NCBI GenBank assembly: GCA_002869185.1 | Contig: PKTN01000010.1 | Span: 105,274 to 169,273 of the forward strand | Direction: 5' to 3' | Source: Denitrovibrio sp. | GTDB lineage: Bacteria; Chrysiogenota; Deferribacteres; Deferribacterales; Geovibrionaceae | Length of the DNA stretch: 64,000 nt | Shown: piece after piece, positions 59,883 through 64,000 of the stretch | Position numbering within the stretch: position 1 is the stretch's first letter | Layout of the letters: each line of letters starts with the position of its first letter | Position numbers and translations under genes: made by a program | The notes under the pieces: generated by a model | What the model saw: the letters and a program-made list of their open reading frames with translations, nothing else | Databases searched by the model: none | Told to the model about the DNA's origin: nothing

Positions 59883-62800
59883 ATGAATCCTTCGTATTTT
59901 TCATGCATTACCAAGTCAGATTTTGGAGAGTATAAGTGCGATCTTTTGGACGAAAGACACACTAAGGTTTTTGGTAAATATAAAGAGACGAACTCTGTTC
60001 TTTTCGATTTTAGCGGATTGGTTATCGGGCAAATACCTGTCAATATGCTTAATTTTCTTTCAGATAAAGACCTTGAAGGTTTTGTCGTACATCTTTTCGG
60101 TACCTTAAACGAGAGGCGTAAAAAGAAAGTTTATATGAAAGTAGACAACCTTGATAATGCTGATTTCTTTATAGGGAATTTTAGCATGATCTCTGTTGTT
60201 ACAGACGATAGACCATTTCTTTATGATAGTATATGGGGCTACTTAGAAGAGAAAGATTATAAAAATATGTTTATTCTGCACCCTATATTTAATATTGAAA
60301 GGTATGGAAAGGGTAATCTTGTTAAAATTTCCGAAACTTCTATAGGTTCTAGAAATGAATCTTTTGTTATGATCTTTTTGGAGAATAACGAAACAGGTAC
60401 ACTCAAAGAGACTGGGAAAAACATCCTTCATATCTACGAAAATGCAATGGTCGCTGTGGATGATTTCCATAAAATTACAGAACTACTTCATAATCTTGCA
60501 ACTGAATATCGCTCTAAGGCGATTGATGTTTCCAGATTCATCAACTGGCTACTACAAGATAATTTTATCTTCCAAGGTGCCAGAGTTATTGATATAGATA
60601 AAGGTAAGAAGTGCCACACATGCAATAAACTAGGAATCTTTAAACTTGATTCTTCTGATCCTGACTATGAGTCGATCAGTAATTGCGTGGAAAATGATAA
60701 ATTCAACTTTGTTGAAGGCTATCCTGTTGTTGTTGATAAATCACTTGTCCGCTCTCAAATGAAAGAGAGGGGATATCTTAATAGAGTTTTGTTTCTAGAT
60801 AAGAGCGAAAAGGCCACCAGAGTGATCTGTGTACTTGGACTCTTTTCTAATAAAGGTCGCAAGGCTCAACCACTTGATATACCTATTATAAAAGAGAAAG
60901 TTAAATGGACTTTGGAGCATTTCAATTTTGTTCATGGTTCACACGACTATAAATGGGTTCGTGATCTTATCGACACATTCCCTAAAGTTGAGCTTTTCAA
61001 CTTTACTCGGAAGCTTATGGTAGAGATGCTTGAGCTTATTATCTCGATGCAGGGGACAAATCAGATTCGTATTTGCTATAGAGACTTCAGACCTCTGAAT
61101 AATCTTTTCTTCTTTGTAGCTATGCCTTCGGAGAGATTCTCTTCTGAGCTTATTAAAGATATGGAAGACTATCTTACTAAACATTTTAAAGCGTCACTTT
61201 TGGATATTTCTATAAGACAGGATGAGCATAAGCGTTACTTTATGCATTTCCACCTTTTTGTTCATGACACTAATGTGCTTGAGTCTATTGATGAGACGAA
61301 AGTTAAAATCAAGATTCTGAGCATGATGCAAACATGGGACTCCAGCCTATATGACGTTTTACGTGAAAGGCTAGGCGGTTCAGAAGTTGACCATACTTAT
61401 AATAAATACTTAAACAGGTTTAGTGAAACATATAAGTCTAGAAACTCAGCTGAGGCTACTTTTGGTGATATACATATCTTAGAAAAACTCAAAGGTGTTT
61501 CTTCCAGACTTTATACAGATAATGATAAAGCAGTACTTAAAATATACGCGAATACAAGATATCTACTTACAGAGCTTATGCCTATTCTTGATAATATCGG
61601 ATTGAAGGTATACGAAGAGGATACATACTATCTGAGTGAGAACGGAAACAAGCTATTTGTAAATGCTGTATATTTTGCAGATATAGAAAATCCCGCTGGC
61701 TTTTGTGAAGCTTATAGAGATGTAATACCAACACTTATAACTAAGGTTCTTACAGGTTTTGTTGAGAGTGACAAGCTTAACGGTCTTGCTCTTTGTCAGA
61801 AACTAACATATAGGCAGATTGGTATACTCCGCGGTCTGAGAAACTTTATCAGACAGATAGAGAGTAGTTTCACACTTAAGACACTCAATACAGAACTGCT
61901 TAATAACTCTGCAACAGCAAAGCTTATCGTAAAGCTGTTTGAAGAGAAATATAATCCTGCTATCAAAAAACCTGTTATCGACAGTATTATCTCTGAAATA
62001 ATGGAAAATGTTGATAAAGTTATGTCTGTGGCCGAAGATAAGGCGCTCAGATATTACATGTGGGTTATTGGCGGCATAGTTCGTACTAACTATTTCAAGG
62101 TTCCAGAGAGGGAGTACATCTCATTTAAAATTGCGTCTAAGACTTTGGATATTATCCACGAACCAAGACCAATGTTTGAGATTTTTGTACACTCAGCTCA
62201 GATGGACGGAGTTCACCTCAGAGGTGGCAAGGTCGCAAGAGGCGGACTTAGGTTCTCTGACAGAATTGACGACTTCCGTACAGAAGTTCTTGGGCTTGTA
62301 AAAGCGCAAATGGTTAAGAATGCTGTTATCGTACCTGTCGGTTCTAAGGGTGGTTTCATCGTTAAGAATAGGCTCGCAGATAGGGCCGCAGACAAAGAGA
62401 ATGTAATAGCTCAGTACAAGAACTATATTAGAGCTCTACTTGATATTACAGATAACTATAAAGGGGGGAAGGTTGTCCACCCTGATAATGTGAAACTATA
62501 TGACCAAAAAGATCCATACCTTGTCGTGGCAGCAGATAAGGGGACAGCTACTTTTAGTGACCTCGCGAACTCTGTGTCAGTAGATAGAGGCTTTTGGCTG
62601 GGCGATGCTTTTGCATCAGGCGGAAGCACTGGCTACGACCATAAGAAGGTTGGTATCACAGCTAAGGGTGCGTGGGAATCTGTTAAGAGACATTTCCGTG
62701 AGCTCGGTAGGAATATACAAAAAGAACCTTTTACTGTTGTTGCCATTGGTGACATGGCAGGGGATGTTTTCGGAAACGGCATGCTCCTATCAAAACAGAT

Positions 62801-64000
62801 AAAGCTACAGGCTGCATTTAACCACATGCACATCTTTATCGATCCAGACCCAGACCCTGCTACATCATTTATTGAACGTGCACGTCTTTTTAAGCTTGCA
62901 ACAGCGGCTACATGGATGGACTACGATCGTGCGATAATGTCAGATGGTGGTGGAATATACGAAAGATCAGCGAAGAAGATCGATTTGAATGCAAAAGTTC
63001 GCGAGATGCTTGGTACTGATAAGACTGTTGTGACAGGGGAAGAACTGCTTAACCTTATCCTTAAGATGAAGGCAGACCTGCTTTGGAATGGTGGTATCGG
63101 TACATATATTAGATCTACTGCGGAGACTAATGCACAGGTTGGTGACCCTGCAAATGATGGTCTTAGGATAGATGCTAGTGAATGTAACTTCAAGGTGATA
63201 GGCGAGGGTGGAAACCTAGGTATGACACAGCGTGCGAGGATAGAGCTTGATATAAATGGTGTCCTTGTGAACACTGATGCTCTTGATAACTCAGCTGGTG
63301 TTGATATGTCTGACCACGAAGTTAACCTTAAGATTATGTTTGATAAACTGCTGAACGATGGACTACTTGAGTCTGTACCAGCAAGAAATAAATACATTGA
63401 GAAGATGACTAAAGCGGTTGAGAAGCTTGTTTTATCAGATAACTACCATCAATCTATGGTTATTAGCTGTGGACTTATGCGTTACGAATCTAACCCAATA
63501 GTCTATAGAGAGATGGCAAGATATCTTAGTGATATAGGACTTCTTGACTTCCGTATTGAGAATATAGAGTTTGTTGACCAAGATAGAGCTCCTACTAGAC
63601 CAGAGCTTTGCGTGTTGCTCGCTTACTCTAAAATATTCCTTTATAACAGTATCGAGGGAGACCTTGATGTTGAGAGTGAACTTGTTAAGCGTGAGTATAT
63701 GGATTATTACCCTGTTGATACTCAGCAACGCTTTGGTGACAAGCTATTCGAACATTCTCTAAGAAGAGAGATCGCGGCTACTGTTGTTGTGAACAGACTG
63801 ACAAATCAAGCTGGGGCGACATTCTTCTTTGAGCTGTATAAAAATAATAACGTTAGCTTTACTAAGCTGACTGAGAGCTATCTCCTTTGTGAAGAGCTCC
63901 TTAACTGTAAGCCACTTAGGGCTGATCTTGAGAAACTTGATAACAAAGCTGAAGCTTTTGCAATCTATGAAGGTCTTATCGAAATTGAGAAGACACTAAA
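59883..64000 (+). CDS. Large NAD-specific glutamate dehydrogenase (Bac_GDH family), 3'-partial at the window end
   Basis: The frame is open from ATG 59883 to the window end. It is absent from the ORF track because it has no stop in the window. Motifs: VVTDDRPFLYDS and HLRGGKVARGGLRFSDRIDDFRTEVLGLVKAQMVKNAVIVPVGSKGGF. Confidence 0.85.
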   Translation, partial: MNPSYFSCITKSDFGEYKCDLLDERHTKVFGKYKETNSVLFDFSGLVIGQIPVNMLNFLSDKDLEGFVVHLFGTLNERRKKKVYMKVDNLDNADFFIGNFSMISVVTDDRPFLYDSIWGYLEEKDYKNMFILHPIFNIERYGKGNLVKISETSIGSRNESFVMIFLENNETGTLKETGKNILHIYENAMVAVDDFHKITELLHNLATEYRSKAIDVSRFINWLLQDNFIFQGARVIDIDKGKKCHTCNKLGIFKLDSSDPDYESISNCVENDKFNFVEGYPVVVDKSLVRSQMKERGYLNRVLFLDKSEKATRVICVLGLFSNKGRKAQPLDIPIIKEKVKWTLEHFNFVHGSHDYKWVRDLIDTFPKVELFNFTRKLMVEMLELIISMQGTNQIRICYRDFRPLNNLFFFVAMPSERFSSELIKDMEDYLTKHFKASLLDISIRQDEHKRYFMHFHLFVHDTNVLESIDETKVKIKILSMMQTWDSSLYDVLRERLGGSEVDHTYNKYLNRFSETYKSRNSAEATFGDIHILEKLKGVSSRLYTDNDKAVLKIYANTRYLLTELMPILDNIGLKVYEEDTYYLSENGNKLFVNAVYFADIENPAGFCEAYRDVIPTLITKVLTGFVESDKLNGLALCQKLTYRQIGILRGLRNFIRQIESSFTLKTLNTELLNNSATAKLIVKLFEEKYNPAIKKPVIDSIISEIMENVDKVMSVAEDKALRYYMWVIGGIVRTNYFKVPEREYISFKIASKTLDIIHEPRPMFEIFVHSAQMDGVHLRGGKVARGGLRFSDRIDDFRTEVLGLVKAQMVKNAVIVPVGSKGGFIVKNRLADRAADKENVIAQYKNYIRALLDITDNYKGGKVVHPDNVKLYDQKDPYLVVAADKGTATFSDLANSVSVDRGFWLGDAFASGGSTGYDHKKVGITAKGAWESVKRHFRELGRNIQKEPFTVVAIGDMAGDVFGNGMLLSKQIKLQAAFNHMHIFIDPDPDPATSFIERARLFKLATAATWMDYDRAIMSDGGGIYERSAKKIDLNAKVREMLGTDKTVVTGEELLNLILKMKADLLWNGGIGTYIRSTAETNAQVGDPANDGLRIDASECNFKVIGEGGNLGMTQRARIELDINGVLVNTDALDNSAGVDMSDHEVNLKIMFDKLLNDGLLESVPARNKYIEKMTKAVEKLVLSDNYHQSMVISCGLMRYESNPIVYREMARYLSDIGLLDFRIENIEFVDQDRAPTRPELCVLLAYSKIFLYNSIEGDLDVESELVKREYMDYYPVDTQQRFGDKLFEHSLRREIAATVVVNRLTNQAGATFFFELYKNNNVSFTKLTESYLLCEELLNCKPLRADLEKLDNKAEAFAIYEGLIEIEKTL

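Overview
64 kb of AT-rich bacterial chromosome, apparently core and housekeeping, with about 53 protein genes densely packed on both strands. I could not assign a taxon from the sequence alone.

Recognisable content:
- Central carbon metabolism: sdhCDAB, a two-subunit 2-oxoacid:ferredoxin oxidoreductase, ATP-PEPCK, a beta-carbonic anhydrase, and a large NAD-glutamate dehydrogenase that runs off the window end.
- DNA, RNA and translation: uvrB, dprA-smg-topA-trmFO, a xerC-like recombinase, alaS, def, mtaB, and the selenocysteine genes selA-selB.
- Proteostasis and redox: clpC, a 2-Cys peroxiredoxin, and a CoA-disulfide-reductase/rhodanese fusion.
- Envelope: PBP1A and a DUF1460 amidase-like protein.
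- Signalling and motility: glnD, histidine kinases, an MCP-hemerythrin fusion, cheX, a PilZ protein and a FliL-like protein.

I saw no rRNA, tRNA, CRISPR array, IS element or prophage.

The main observation is not a gene cluster. Eight (possibly nine) otherwise intact, conserved genes each carry exactly one in-frame stop codon. TAA, TAG and TGA are all represented, and the conserved protein sequence continues in the same frame after each stop. One further gene has ATT where its start codon should be.

Other points of interest:
- A signal-peptide/Cache sensor joined across the TGA to a CheD-like deamidase domain.
- A small family of MITE-like inverted-repeat elements in intergenic regions.
- A 420-bp ORF-free region with a tandem repeat and mutually exclusive hairpins.
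- Several operator-like palindromes.

All functional calls rest on motif recognition by eye. No database search was run.
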